Position numbers and translations under genes: made by a program. Below, one piece after another: positions 63,879 to 64,000 of a stretch of DNA of 64,000 bases; position 1 is the stretch's first letter; every line of letters begins with the position of its first letter. Source of the stretch: Felis catus (taxonomy: Eukaryota); contig NC_058368.1 in the NCBI RefSeq assembly GCF_018350175.1, positions 59,274,001 through 59,338,000 of the forward strand, given 5' to 3'. The notes under the pieces are model-generated. The model did no database searches. It was not told the DNA's origin and was given only the letters and a program-made list of their open reading frames with translations.

Positions 63879-64000
63879 ATATTGTGGTCAGTTTCTGATG
63901 AGAGCCGTCTTCCTGGCTTGATGGTTGCCTTCTCAATGTGTCCTTACATGGCGAGGAGAGGGAGCTCAGTTGTTGCTTTCTCTTTACAATATGAAAGGCA

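Larger units (their letters stand above)
63450..64000 (-). mobile_element. MaLR LTR (MLT1A/B-like) split by a SINE; runs off the window
   Basis: gccataacaaaatgccatggactaggtgacttaaataacagaaatgtatttctcacagttct...gttgccttctcaatgtgtccttacatggc. Confidence 0.85.

Noticed and set aside
1..64000. CRISPR arrays, operons or other prokaryotic systems
   Set aside because: The sequence is mammalian; the recurring ~200-bp units are dispersed SINEs, not repeat-spacer arrays.

Overview
AT-rich, repeat-dense mammalian genomic DNA, most likely from a cat-family (Feliformia) genome, judged from about 36 tRNA-derived carnivore SINEs of the SINEC_Fc type and a feline-type L1. I found no intact host protein-coding gene; the ORF track is mostly L1 ORF2 pieces, SINE read-through and chance ORFs. 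Recognisable content: two 5'-truncated L1 copies facing tail-to-tail (13.3-17.0 kb +, 24.4-28.1 kb -), older L1M, L2, MIR, MLT1 and MLT2 relics, solo ERV LTRs, and a truncated class I ERV (LTR, tRNA-Ser-like PBS, gag relic; 54.0-57.2 kb -). The main find is a degraded + strand reading frame at about 57.8-59.5 kb, which the ORF track does not show. It gives a long collinear series of motifs matching the C-terminal part of the bornavirus L (RNA polymerase) protein, i.e. an endogenous bornavirus-like L element (EBLL), split by a SINE. A probable second, more N-terminal L fragment lies downstream of it (60.4-60.95 kb). The viral assignment rests on hand translation and comparison with the Borna disease virus 1 (BoDV-1) L sequence as I recall it, so it needs a tblastn/HMM check. 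Repeat boundaries are approximate unless a target-site duplication (TSD) is quoted.
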